DNA of 63,040 nt, filler included, from Octopus bimaculoides (Eukaryota): the NCBI RefSeq assembly GCF_001194135.2. It is 6 parts of 5 records of this genome, joined end to end, with 100 filler letters (N's around TTAATTAATTAA, not from the genome) between each part and the next. Parts side by side here need not be neighbours in the genome. Positions count along the whole stretch, not along the records: positions 27,941 to 44,322 come from NC_068987.1; positions 44,423 to 48,561 come from NC_068982.1; positions 48,662 to 54,734 come from NC_068999.1; 3 more parts are not named here. One strand, given 5' to 3'. The notes below the pieces were generated by a model, which was not told the origin of the DNA, ran no database searches, and saw only the letters and a program-made list of their open reading frames with translations. The translations under genes and the position numbers were made by a program. Shown in pieces: positions 35,428-48,680 of the stretch. Position 1 is the stretch's first letter, and every line of letters starts with the position of its first letter.

Positions 35428-37074
35428 GGTAGGCCCAAAGCATTGATATGTTTCACAACACAAGGATGATACTCCTACAATATACGCCCTGGGAGTTCTC
35501 GTCCAAAGCGTAGGCTAGGGCAGAATTTTTGTCGAAGCCCAGAAGTTCCTCACGCATACATGTCTTCCCACACCATGTTATAAGTCATAGATATTGCTGA
35601 AGAAGAAGCTATGAGCTGATGGAGCTTGAGGCAAATCTGTTGGTAGACACGTTGCCGTTAAAACGAAATTAGCCCTCACAGATGCTATCTGCATTAACAC
35701 CCGAAATGTAAGATGTTTTCCACCCTGATGATGGAGGCCCGACTTACCCAATGTTGACTGCTTCCATTACGGCCGCATATTGTGATGAACTATATCTACT
35801 AACATAATGATGGATCACCGAGCTCCCCGAAACAGCTGTCGGACTTTTATAACACCTTTCTTCTTCCCCTTGAATTTTCTCTGTCGTTTGTTCACTGTGT
35901 AAGATGGATCTATTAATATATATATATACTTAAATATTATTCATCGTCTCCACGTTTTGCTTTCTCTCGTTTTGCATGTATTCATATGTAAATTTATTTT
36001 GGATTTCATACCCAAACTCTTATATTTAATATATCTAATTTGTTTACACGCATGTGACCATCTTTCTTCTCCTGCACGAACGTGTTTTTTTTTCTCTCTT
36101 CTATCTTTTCTCTTTTCAAAAAAAAAAAAGTTTCTCCCAGCGTTCTCTATTTCCCTCTCGTTCTGGTCTAACGGCCATCCTTGTTTGTTTTCGTTCTGCT
36201 TCCTTGTTTGTCTCCACTGTCATTTTTTTGTTCCCAACTTTGACCCTCCATAAATCCTAAATTTTATTTAAGAATTTATGGGAGAAACTGTCGTTGAAGA
36301 CTCNNNNNNNNNNNNNNNNNNNNNNNNNNNNNNNNNNNNNNNNNNNNNNNNNNNNNNNNNNNNNNNNNNNNNNNNNNNNNNNNNNNNNNNNNNNNNNNNN
36401 NNNNNNNNNNNNNNNNNNNNNNNNNNNNNNNNNNNNNNNNNNNNNNNNNNNNNNNNNNNNNNNNNNNNNNNNNNNNNNNNNNNNNNNNNNNNNNNNNNNN
36501 NNNNNNNNNNNNNNNNNNNNNNNNNNNNNNNNNNNNNNNNNNNNNNNNNNNNNNNNNNNNNNNNNNNNNNNNNNNNNNNNNNNNNNNNNNNNNNNNNNNN
36601 NNNNNNNNNNNNNNNNNNNNNNNNNNNNNNNNNNNNNNNNNNNNNNNNNNNNNNNNNNNNNNNNNNNNNNNNNNNNNNNNNNNNNNNNNNNNNNNNNNNN
36701 NNNNNNNNNNNNNNNNNNNNNNNNNNNNNNNNNNNNNNNNNNNNNNNNNNNNNNNNNNNNNNNNNNNNNNNNNNNNNNNNNNNNNNNNNNNNNNNNNNNN
36801 NNNNNNNNNNNNNNNNNNNNNNNNNNNNNNNNNNNNNNNNNNNNNNNNNNNNNNNNNNNNNNNNNNNNNNNNNNNNNNNNNNNNNNNNNNNNNNNNNNNN
36901 NNNNNNNNNNNNNNNNNNNNNNNNNNNNNNNNNNNNNNNNNNNNNNNNNNNNNNNNNNNNNNNNNNNNNNNNNNNNNNNNNNNNNNNNNNNNNNNNNNNN
37001 NNNNNNNNNNNNNNNNNNNNNNNNNNNNNNNNNNNNNNNNNNNNNNNNNNNNNNNNNNNNNNNTATATATATAT

Positions 37075-37245
37075 ATATACACGACGGGTTTCTTTCAGTT
37101 TCCGTCTACCAAATATCTACTCACCAGTCTTGGTCGGCATGAGGCTATAATAGAAGACAGTTGCCGAAGGTGCCATACCGTGGGACTGAATCCGCAAACA
37201 TGTGGCTGGGAAGCAAGCTTCTTACCACACAGCCATGCCTGCGCC
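37075..37245 (-). mobile_element. SINE family A 5' half next to a gap
   Basis: ACGACGGGTTTCTTTCAGTTTCCGTCTACC..CCACACAGCCATGCCTGCGCC. Confidence 0.85.
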
Positions 37246-37929
37246 AATATATAAAATCAGAGTGCAGTCCGTAGGTAACCAATCACACACATACACAATC
37301 ACGCATAATTATACAAATACACACAAACATGCACATACAATTTCAGATATGCCTTTATACAAGACTTTACACTGATATATTAAAAAATGTGTTTTATTTT
37401 CCCAGCTATGTCGGCCAAATACAACCCCTACTTCTTCTGATATCTAGAAATAAGAATACATTTGTTTACATTTGTCCAATCGTACCAAACTTCACATCAA
37501 AGTGATGGCTAAATGCTTATGTCATATTGGTATACATTATTGTACATTTCAAAGAATCATATGCAGTCTGTTCCTAGGCGATATTACATTTTTCTACCTA
37601 TACATATACACCCATGCTGGTATGTATGTATGTATGTATGTATGTATGTATGTATGTATGTATGTATGTATGGATGGATGGATGAATGGATGGACATACA
37701 TATATACATAACATACTACACTGCACACACCCCTCGCTACACACACACTCACGACACACATAACTTTGTATACAAGCATGTGTATATGCATGCATACATA
37801 TGTGTATGTGTGTGCAAGCATGTATAAGCACATATATGTATGCATGCATATACGTAGGCACGAATATGTGTGTATATACATACCACACACACATNNNNNN
37901 NNNNAATATGTGTGTATATACATACCACA

Positions 37930-37976
<47 letters not shown>

Positions 37977-38395
37977 ACATACACACAATGCATTTCGTTT
38001 TAATAATTAACAATAGTTAATAATAATTAGGATGGAAGATAATGTACATAATCTAGAAAATTAATTGGTGTCATGAATTGTAAGAAATGGAGATATTTGG
38101 AGAATTGATAGTTACAGACAACCATTTCAGTATTTTCCCTGGACGATGCATGAAGATAGTTGTACATGCATTCTTGTGTGTGTGTGTGTGCGTGTGCGTG
38201 TGTGTGTGTGAGTGCGTGTGTGTCTGTGTGTGTGTGTGTGTGCGTGTGTACACTTGGGGTTATTTAACCACAGGTCATCTCCTGGTTGAGCTGATATATA
38301 TTCAAAGCAAATCAGCGTTAACCATCTCGTCTTGTTTTTCTTTTTTTAGTTTTTTTCAGACAGAGTATGTTCCCGACAACAATGCCCAACATGTA

Positions 38396-39265
38396 CAGTG
38401 TATCGCAAAAATGTATATACACTTTAACAGGCATAATTCAATTTTTATTTCTTTATTCGATTGAACCCATTAGAAATAACGAAGCGAGCCAGGCCAGGTT
38501 TTGAAAAAGGAAATTTATGCAAAAGAACCATTGGTAGTTTGAAAACGCAGGAGTTTGGAAAGTACAAAGACAGTTTCGAAATTTTGCGAATAATACATGG
38601 CAAGATGTGTAGAAAATGTACACTTTCCAATAAAGATAGTCTGGAATGATGAGGATAAATTTAAATTAGACGGCTCTGTTACTGAGGACCTAAGAATCCG
38701 CATATTACGGAAGGACATCTTGTGAATTTATCAAGAGTTACAGTATGGATTATTCTCTTTACACAAAACTCTGATTGGTCTCATTTACTTGAACTTACAG
38801 TTTTCAATGTCAAGCATTCAAAAGGATTTTGAAGATTTATTTCCAGCAAGAAGGGTACCCACACACTTAAAAAGTAATGCAAGGGTCTACCTTAAAGAGA
38901 TTTTGTCAAGTAGGCAGACTGGACGAAGACATTCAGTAGAATAGTCATCACGTTCACCGAACCTCACGTCACTAGACTTTTTATACTTTTGCTGCACAAA
39001 AACGGAAACAGTGCAAGAATTGGGGGCAGCTAATAAACAAGAATGAGCACAATTCTTGAACGAAAACATACTTGCTCTTTGCGATTTCGTCGTTTCGCAT
39101 TCACAGTAGTGTCTGGACCAGAATGGTCATCAGTTTGAAAACAGGTTTTCATAAAAAATTAAATTCTGCCTATACAATCTATTCAGTTTTGAAAATTAAA
39201 CACATTTTAATAAACACTGATACTACAATAATTCAAAGTGAGTATGCATTTTTTGGCACATCCTG
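38396..39265 (+). mobile_element. Internally deleted Tc1/mariner element of DD41D (rosa) type
   Basis: TA-flanked ~30-bp TIRs; remnants QQEG, TGRRHSVE*SSRSPNLTSLDF and CLDQNGHQFEN. The second and third catalytic positions are 125 nt apart (126 expected for DD41D). Confidence 0.8.
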
Positions 39266-41293
39266 TATTGTCATTCAAGATATTACAGCATTTGTCAAGC
39301 TTAGTCAAGCACTCGCGTGTACATTTATCGATTTTGTGTGTATATGTATGCGCGTGTGTAGTTCGAGTTGCTTGATGTATGTGTGAAGTTATTCGCTGTA
39401 CATATATTTATGTAATGGTTTCTTCTCTTGTGTATTATGAATGTGTATTTTCAGTGTACACTTTTAGAGTGCTTATCTCTGATGTGCGTACTTTTATGCG
39501 TATGAGTCTATAGTTTGTGTGCATGTGTGTATTCTTGCATTGTGTGTATGCTTGTAGTGAGATGTCGACGGTGTTGTTGAACGGTGATTTGTAATTTTAG
39601 TGCTGATGTTTGAGGCTTTAGTATACAACCGACAGCTTATAATACGCTTAAACCAGCGATTCGGTTCCAAGAACAACTATGCTGCCACCTGACATCACCG
39701 CAATTCAAAGCTCTAGGGCTTTATGACGTACAGTATCCCCAAAATAACAGCCTGACATCTTGCATATAGAGATCTTTCGTCGGACGTCCCTAAGCAAGTG
39801 CAATAAAGGAGAAAAAAACACAAAAACAAAGTGCAACCTTATAAAGATCATTGCAAATCTTTATTTTGCAAATATACCGAAAATATGAACGCCCTACACA
39901 GAAAACAACTTAAAAGCAGACACATTATCGGCATCTCTTGTTGAAATATAGAATCATCTTTCTACGCTTGGGTCCCACTCGGATACTTGTGAATCTGAAT
40001 TTCTATAGGTTTTCCATAAACTTTTTCGCGCCTTCTTTTGATTTCTCTATTTCAACACCAGTTTCTCTTCAACAAACTGGACAGGTTATCTTTCTCTTGT
40101 ATCTATTTAAATTGCAAGCCATTTTGTTTTTTTGCCTTTTAATTTTTTGATTTGTTTGCACGCATCGCCATTTTAATTTAGCATGGACAAACACTCTTTT
40201 TTGTACACAACACGAATATTAACATGTCTTTTCTGTCTCCTTCTGTACGCCCATTTTCGGTTATATTCATATAAACATTTTCAAATGCATAAACGTAAAG
40301 AGAACTGTGTTTTGCATTCCGTTCTGTTAACCGTATTTTTCGTCCAGCAAACTTATGTTGACCACTTGGTAACATGTGTGTCAGCAGTGTTTAAGTTCCT
40401 TCAATTTACTTTTTTCGGTACGCTTCTTTCATAATCTGTAGACCTGCATCCATCCCGCGTTTGATCCATGTTTATACACGCTTTCATAAAGTCCTATTTT
40501 CTTCTAGTGTTAGCCTACCATTTGCTTTACAGAGGTTTTCAATATCCGGATTTTTAATGATTCCATTTTCTCAGGGCGCTCAGCATTTTCCTCATTGATT
40601 TCTTTTTGGTTTCTTTTTGGTTTACACAACGTTGCAATGAACATGCATGCATACATTCCTTTACACACATAAACAATCTAAGCAAAGGAATGCCTCATTA
40701 GATCACGTAGATTGAGTAAATCCTAGCCAGGATTAAATAACTGCATGACCGTAGTTGAGATGGAGCTAAACTGCTGCTCTTTAGTACAGACTCATAAAAT
40801 GACTGTTTATAGCTGGTCCGAGTTACTAACAAATTACTAACACATTATGGTACACGTATACAAAGCATACACAAATACCAACCTATAAACACTTGTGAGC
40901 TCACACACAAACTCATACACTCAGAGGATGTGGCAGCGGCGGCGAAGACGATGGCGGTAGCTACAGGGCTGCTAATAGTGTAATGATAGTGTGGAGTGGT
41001 GAAGAAGTGGCTATTGAAATAGCAGTGACAGTGTTGGTCGTGGTGGTGATAGGAGTGTAAGTCGTGACAGTGTAATGGTGGTCACTATTAGCTGTAGTAG
41101 TGTTGTCGCTCGATGTCGTATTGGTCACAAGAGTGTTGTTGGTTAGAATGCTTATAGCCGTTCACACTCAATCTTTTTGAAATATAAGCGACTTGGCAGT
41201 TATTTAAAGAGCATGTCACTCACACATATGTGACATGATTCTTAAAAGTAAGAGGATGTTATACAATTGATGTTATATTTATATACTGATTTC

Positions 41294-41505
41294 AAATTTT
41301 GGCACAAGGCCAGCAATTTTGGGGGAAGAGGGTAGATCTATTACATCCACCCCAGTCAGTTCTCAACTGGTGCTTATTTTATCGATCCCGAAAGGATGAA
41401 AGACAAAGTCGACCTTGGCGGAATTTGAACTCAGAACTTAAAGACGGACGGAATGCCGCTAAGCATTTTGCCCCGCGTGCGAATGATTCTGCCAACTCGC
41501 CACCT
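41294..41505 (-). mobile_element. SINE family B, old-tail subfamily
   Basis: GGCACAAGGCCAGCAATTTT tail, GAATTTGAACTC B-box and GATTCTGCCAACTCGCC head. Confidence 0.9.
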
Positions 41506-41525
41506 TTTGATGATGATGATGATGA

Positions 41526-41562
<37 letters not shown>

Positions 41563-41624
41563 CATATATATTTTAATATGTTCGGTGCGCGTCTATGTTT
41601 GCGTATGTGTATATATTCATATGT

Positions 41625-41884
41625 GGAGACGCGTGGATTAGTGGTTAGGGTGTCAGCATCATGATCGTAAGATTGTGGTTTCGATTCCTGGACCGGGCGA
41701 CGCGTTGTGTTCTTTAGCAAAACACTTCATTTCACGTTGCTCCAGTCCACTCAGCTTGCAAAAATGAGTAACGCTTCGATGGACTGGCGTCCCGTCCAGC
41801 TGGGGAACACACACGCCATTGAAACCGGGAAACCGGACCCATGAGCTTGGCTACGCTTTAAAAGGGCGCATTTATTTATTTATT
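41625..41884 (+). mobile_element. Young full-length SINE family C
   Basis: A-box TGGATTAGTGG, B-box GTTTCGATTCC, CORE/Meta-like central domain and (TTTA)n tail; ATATATTCATAT repeated at 41611-41622 and 41885-41896. Confidence 0.92.
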
Positions 41885-42699
41885 ATATATTCATATATGA
41901 ATAAGTATAGATGAACTTAGAATTTTGTGTATATATGTGTGTATGCGTGTACATATGTGTATATGTAAGCGTATGCACAGGGGCATGCAAAATAACACCT
42001 ACATAAACACACATTTAAAAGAGACATTATTTGAAAGTATTGATTAAATGTATTACTTTGGACCATTACTTAAACGCAACACAATTTCTTCGCTTTTGAT
42101 GGAGTTTATGATATTTGTAATAACGCAGGCCTTTCCGTGCCGTCAAAAATGCCAACAATTCTGTTATTCATAGAGAAACCGTTATTAAGCGCCAGCAAGT
42201 GAGTAAATATGTGTACACATTTAGAATTGAAGTACTTGAATAGATACAATTGTACTGTCTCTATTGAAAATATTATAGTCCACGTAAAATATGTAAACAC
42301 GCGCGCGCGCTCACACACGCACGCACACACACACACATATGAAACATTCACTTTTGCGTGTTCAAATGGATGGAAAGAAAAAAATTCGTACAGCTGGATG
42401 CCCTTCCTATCGCCAACTCTTAGCTCTTACCAAGTAAGGTAAATATTCCAATATGACACCAAAAAATGATTACGTGGAAGACTGAAAACGAAGAGCACAT
42501 CTTGTATGACAGTGACACTCGCTTACAACATTTGTCCGATGTCAGGGTAGTGAGACAGTAAGACGCACGTAGACATACACACACACACCTGCGCGCACAC
42601 ACACACACGTTTACATACGTATATATACATATATATATACACATATACATATATATCTATACATACATGTATATTTACATCTATATGTATTTGTTTAAT

Positions 42700-43040
42700 T
42701 TGTCCTTAGTCGAAAGACATTGTTGTTATGTCCTGTTATTATTCTTACTGTATTTGTGTAACGTCGTTCGTTTTGTTCCGTCCTTGTTTTCGTATACATT
42801 CGCTGCTTTCTTCCAAGGAATCTAATGCTTTTAGCTCAGTTTTTCCTTGGGGCTGGCCAGATTGGAGCAGTTTCGAGAATAACCAGCCGAAATTGCAAGG
42901 ATAATCTGGATCTCAACTGAAGAGAGAAAACTCCGAATGACCTGTCCGTGTTTTCTTTGTATCGTCTATCTGTATGTTTTGTCCCTTTCTTGTATCACCT
43001 AACTGTCTGGATGTTTTGCGTTCTTGTCCCATTCTGTATT
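42700..43040 (+). mobile_element. Interspersed ~340-bp repeat, probably a Penelope-like pLTR
   Basis: Homologous to 48681-48977 and 49428-49680 in reverse orientation; ends in (TA)n. The Penelope call is inference. Confidence 0.55.
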
Positions 43041-43830
43041 ATATATATATATATATATATATATATNNNNNNNNNNNNNNNNNNNNNNNNNNNNNNNNNN
43101 NNNNNNNNNNNNNNNNNNNNNNNNNNNNNNNNNNNNNNNNNNNNNNNNNNNNNNNNNNNNNNNNNNNNNNNNNNNNNNNNNNNNNNNNNNNNNNNNNNNN
43201 NNNNNNNNNNNNNNNNNNNNNNNNNNNNNNNNNNNNNNNNNNNNNNNNNNNNNNNNNNNNNNNNNNNNNNNNNNNNNNNNNNNNNNNNNNNNNNNNNNNN
43301 NNNNNNNNNNNNNNNNNNNNNNNNNNNNNNNNNNNNNNNNNNNNNNNNNNNNNNNNNNNNNNNNNNNNNNNNNNNNNNNNNNNNNNNNNNNNNNNNNNNN
43401 NNNNNNNNNNNNNNNNNNNNNNNNNNNNNNNNNNNNNNGCATATGTATATATGTATGTATGTGTGTGTATGTATATATGTATGCATGTGTGTTTGTTTGC
43501 ATGTATATATGTATTCTGCATATTCCTGTGTTTGTGTGTTTTTTATGTATGTATGTGCATGTGTGCATATGTATGTATGTACCTCTGTCTCCTTGTATGT
43601 GCATGTCTGAGTATGTATGTGTGTGTGTATATGTGGTCATGTGTTTCTTCTCTTTCTTTGGACTTTTCCCACCTTATTTTCCGACGAAGACCTATGCTCG
43701 AAACTTTCCCTTTGCACCGAGCGTCAAACTAATACATTTCTTGTGCACATCATTTTGTCCGTTAATTTTATTTGTTTATTTGAATTGACCACACACATGC
43801 ACATACACATACACACACTCATACACACAC

Positions 43831-43863
<33 letters not shown>

Positions 43864-44454
43864 TGTATGTATGTGTGTATGAATGTTTGTATGCATGCAT
43901 TGTGTGTGTGTACAGGTATGTTGATGTAAACAGGAAAACTAGAACTCAAAATATGTTTATATGTATATCTTTATTAATATTTAGGAGAAGCGACAGAGTA
44001 ACTCNNNNNNNNNNTGGGGAGAGTCATTTTCTTATTGTGCCTTAAAATTTAACACACTCACCGGTAAAATTTCCACTTATTTTTATTTTTATTTTCCTAA
44101 AAGTTTCGTTGCGTCTTTCAACCTTATCAATAGTCTTGACTGTTCGTTATTTACACTGCGTTCTGTTTTTGCTATTCTTTGTTTTGCGCATGCGTGTGTG
44201 TATGTATGTCTGTGTGTATGCATATGTATATATGTATGTATGTGTGTGTATGTATATATGTATGCATGTGTGTTTGTTTGCATGTATATATGTATTCTGC
44301 ATATTCCTGTGTTTGTGTGTTTNNNNNNNNNNNNNNNNNNNNNNNNNNNNNNNNNNNNNNNNNNNNTTAATTAATTAANNNNNNNNNNNNNNNNNNNNNN
44401 NNNNNNNNNNNNNNNNNNNNNNTATATATATATATATATATGTATATGTATATG

Positions 44455-44685
44455 TGTGTGTGGGGTGGGGGGGGGTTGTGTGTCTGTGTTTGTTCCCCCA
44501 ACATCGCTTGACAACCGATGCTGGTAGTTTACATCCCCGTAACTTAGCGGTTCAGCTAAAGAAACCAATAGAATAAGTACTAGGCTTACAAAGAACAAGT
44601 CCTGGGGTCGATTAGCTCGACTAAAAGGCGGTGCTCCAGCATGGCCACAGTCAAATGACTGAAACAAGTAAGAGAGAGTAGAAGA
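44455..44685 (+). mobile_element. SINE family A 3' half
   Basis: CATCGCTTGACAACCGATGCTGG..GTCCTGGGGTCGATT..CAGCATGGCCACAGTC. Confidence 0.88.
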
Positions 44686-45590
44686 AAAATTCAATTCATA
44701 GTACAAACAAATTATCTTTGCCATTTGACCTCTCCATAACAGAATAATACAGGAGTACACTAACATTTTTTTGGTTTTATATTGATGGGTAATAATAACA
44801 GGGTACTAATGCTCATAGAACAGGTCTCAAATAATAATTTTTATACAGATGAGTAATGAAAATTTCTGGCATAAGTACAAGTCCCCATATATGAAGGAAA
44901 AAGTTAAGGGATTAAACTGATCCCTGTACATGGCAAGTACAATATTTTATAGACCCAAGAAAAATGAAAGACAAGGCTGAACTGCCAGAATTTGAAACTA
45001 GACTATAAAGATTTGAAACGAAATATTGCAAGGAATTTTGTCTGACATACTAATGATTCTGCCAATAACTGATAGGTAATAATGACAAAATAAATCTATA
45101 AATAATGCTATAAAACAGGCCCAGACTAATATTTTTGATACTGATGTGTAATATAATCAATCTGAGTTTTTTTCCTCCATATATATATACATGTATCTAT
45201 TACCATTCTTTCTTTTATTCTTTTACTGGCCTCAATCATTGGTTGGCTGGCATACTGCTTTGAATGGTGTATATTGTTGATTATATTGATCTTGGTACTT
45301 AACTGGTACTTGTATCGACTTTGGAAGGATGAAAGACAAGGTCAACCTTGGTGAAGTTATGGTGGTGGTGATAATTTAATGTGTTACCTTTTTTTTTTTT
45401 TTTTTAATAACTTTTGATAGAAGTAAGAATGAAAATGAAAGATTGAAATTTGAAGAGATTTTTTTTTTTCCTACCAACTGGAAAGTAGTGATTATTGGCA
45501 TAATTTAAAAAGTACAGATAATGCATTTATGGATAATTGTTTGCAAGAAAAATGCATTCAAATTCAAATCAGAGAGAGAGAGAGAGAGAG

Positions 45591-45631
<41 letters not shown>

Positions 45632-46400
45632 TTTTTTGCAACAGATTGATTTTTCAGATGAAGTCTAAAATATGATAAATAATAATGTGTTGGGTTATAT
45701 TTCTCAAGGGTGTTGCATGATTCCAAATATGTGCAATCTTTGTTAGGGGTCTTTGGAAAAGAGACATTAAATAGTGTAGCAACAATGTAAGGCACCCTAC
45801 AGAAGAGTGCCTGCAAGCTATGCCCAAATGCCATTTGTGATATGCTTACTTTATCAATGCCTAAAGAACAAAGGTTTGTTACTCTTGCAGACAGTAGATA
45901 AGGTGAAGTGCGTAAAGTTGATCAGAAGGAGGTAATATAGATGAAATGTTGCAAAGATTGTGAAATTGAAAGCAAAGTAAGATGGTAAAAATATGCTTTG
46001 CAGTGCTAGCTGTGCTTAGGGTTCATTAACTCATGGCATCATACTGAAAATATTCTGAGTGAAAAGCTCAGTTTTGTAATGATTCTGTTACAGACTAGAA
46101 ATGAAATGATAAAAGAAGGTATTAGAGTTTTCTACCTTATGTTAGACAGAGCCTTACTTCCATCAAAAAAATGTGAGCCTTACTTCCATCAAAAAAATGT
46201 AAGCAGGGTTGAAACAATTTTTGTGATACTGTACATTTCATGTAGTACAGTGTCAACAATTTTTCAGATATGTTCAGCAAATGATCAGAAACAAATACAG
46301 TTATTATAGCTTTATGTATTCAATAATGTGTATATCTTGTATTGTAGGGTGTTTGTTTGTAATATAAAATACAGTGTCAGCCAATAAAGACATAAATTAC

Positions 46401-46494
46401 CTGATTCTTCAGAAGCTGATGGAGAAGAACATCTATCTTGTGCATCAAGGATCGGGCACGAACGATACCGTTGAAGGTTGTCAGGCTTCACATT
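46401..46494 (-). CDS. Candidate internal coding exon of an unidentified gene (NVKPDNLQRYRSCPILDAQDRCSSPSASEES)
   Basis: Long pyrimidine tract plus TTTTAG acceptor, CAG|GTAATT donor, only one open frame (phase 0 to 1), CpG retained, no repeat recognised. Confidence 0.42.
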
Positions 46495-46980
46495 CTAAAA
46501 TTACAAAAAATAAAAGATAAAATACAATACAATTCATGATTCATCAACATTGGTTTCTATGTATGCTCCACAGTCAGAGAGTTAAGATTGAGCAAAATAA
46601 AAGTTTCAGACTACCCCTGACAATAATCTACTCCGATATATGTAGAGATTATAGATATATGTTGCCAGGAATATAGAGAAATCAAAACTCTTGGTGTTCT
46701 GTGACACAAATGATTTAACTATTTGCAGTGTTAACTTCAGGCAACCGACCATCAAACAAACCAGGTAAGTTGGCAAGGCAGGAAAATTTCATAACCACCA
46801 GGAAATGGGATACACAGCTGTTTTGAACTGTAAACCTTTTCTAAATAGAGAACAGGCCAATCAACATACACTAGAGCTTGGAAAATAAAGGTAAGAAGTA
46901 GATGCAATCAGATACATTTAACAATCTGGAGTAGAAGCTGGAAAATCCTATATCCATATGGAGGTGTTAGGAAATACTAC

Positions 46981-47115
46981 TTGTGGCCAGAGAAATTCAC
47001 TTTGAAACAATTTGGTTTCTGGTTCAGTCCTATTGCACAGTGCTTTAGGCAAGTATCTTCTACTTTAGCTGCAGGTCAACTAATGCTCTGTGAATGAATT
47101 TGTTAGATGGAAACA

Positions 47116-47146
<31 letters not shown>

Positions 47147-47348
47147 CGTGTGCGTGCGCGCGCGTGCATGTGTTCTCTCATCACTGCTTAATTGACAGAA
47201 TATGTTGGTTTGATCATGTTCCTGTAACTTAGCAGTTCAGCAGAACAAACCAATAGAATACGCATCAGATTTATAAAAGTATGTACTGGAGTCAATTTGT
47301 TCAACTAAACCCTTCCATTCAGTGCCCCAGCATGGTCACAGTTTTGAC
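46981..47348 (+). mobile_element. SINE family A (degenerate) with internal (TG)n
   Basis: GGTTCAGTCC B-box, core and tail CCCCAGCATGGTCACAG. Confidence 0.8.
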
Positions 47349-47693
47349 ATAGTTATTTTATAGCTGAGTGCCCTACCAAATGTCAACCACTTTATAGTGG
47401 AAAATGCTTACTAATTTTCTGCATCTTCTACATACAAAGTCCTTCTCTCTCAACCTACATGCAATTACACAAGATTTCTGGTGTACCCATATTTAACATT
47501 GAAGTACACAGTATAGAATTTCTAACTGTATCTCTTTTTCACATACCAAGCATGACCATTTCCAAACTGGTAGTAGATTTGTTTTTTTTTTTTAATACAC
47601 ATGCACACGCATACATACATACAAAGTAACAAACATACATACATGCACACAAGAAAATATATTACAGAAGATAAAAGAAAATATATAACTTTC

Positions 47694-47843
47694 TAAATTC
47701 TCAATCGCAGAATAATGCTAATAATATAGCCTGAACAAGATAAACCACCCCTATTTTGCAGAGCTACACTTTTCTCTGCGAAAAAGGGGTAGTTTATCTT
47801 GTTCAGGCTATATTAATAGCATTATTCTGCGATTGAGAATTTA
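47694..47843. repeat. 150-bp near-perfect hairpin (70-bp arms, 10-nt loop)
   Basis: TAAATTCTCAATCGCAGAATAATGC..GCAGAG / CTCTGCG..GCATTATTCTGCGATTGAGAATTTA. Confidence 0.93.
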
Positions 47844-48137
47844 AAATCACTTCTTTAACTTTCTAAGTCATCTCAACGCTTCTAAAAGCAAACTTCGTTT
47901 GTTTATTTACGTTTGTCGTAATTTGAATTTAACATATAACTTTCTGTACATATATATATAGCTATATTTATTTCGAAACAATTTGAGTCGGATTCCGTGC
48001 TACTTACAGTTTCAAAACTCCTAACAGGATGTTTCCTCAGGCCAATGGAAATCCTTTAGGGGCTTTGAAACGGTTTTGAACAATACACGTAACTCCCAAT
48101 AAATGTGTTGAGTGCCCTTTCTTTCATTTGTCCACTC

Positions 48138-48202
<65 letters not shown>

Positions 48203-48513
48203 TATATATATACACACACACACATAAAACAACATTTTATTACATTAGATAATTTAATGGAATAAAAATAGATATCTGAGATACATACACATGAAGATCT
48301 ATTATAAAGGGCAATTCAGTGAGGCAGATAAGAATACAAACACAAAGACACACCTTCGCTTATCATAGAAGATAATTTAGCGAGACAGAAAAGAAATATA
48401 TGTATGTATCCTATATATGTATATAATATATGTGTGCATGTGAATATATATATACATATATATGTTTGTGTATATATACACACAAACATACACACATATA
48501 TATAGGCAACAAA

Positions 48514-48561
<48 letters not shown>

Positions 48562-48680
48562 NNNNNNNNNNNNNNNNNNNNNNNNNNNNNNNNNNNNNNN
48601 NNNNNTTAATTAATTAANNNNNNNNNNNNNNNNNNNNNNNNNNNNNNNNNNNNNNNNNNNNTATATATGTTTGTATGTAT

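Noticed and set aside
37863-37936. 32-bp direct repeat across a 10-N gap
   Set aside because: This is typical unmerged contig overlap.
35748-40677. Minus-strand open candidate exons 35748-35909 (phase 2-2) and 40519-40677 (phase 0-0)
   Set aside because: The splice sites are plausible, but the phases do not link directly to the 46401 exon and the peptides are unrecognised. They are worth a look only if RNA-seq shows a minus-strand gene.
42917-44140. Functional hammerhead ribozymes
   Set aside because: Each genomic motif lacks at least one invariant core base or helix.
43439-44322. Identical ~102-bp direct repeat at 43439 and 44220
   Set aside because: Both copies abut N-gaps, so this is most likely a duplicated contig end or haplotype.
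5599-46764. Plus-strand AG..GT bounded open segments (5599-5740, 14246-14318, 15192-15385, 24438-24510, 42129-42198, 46729-46764)
   Set aside because: No homology is recognised and they form no consistent phase chain. Such sites are expected by chance many times in AT-rich DNA.
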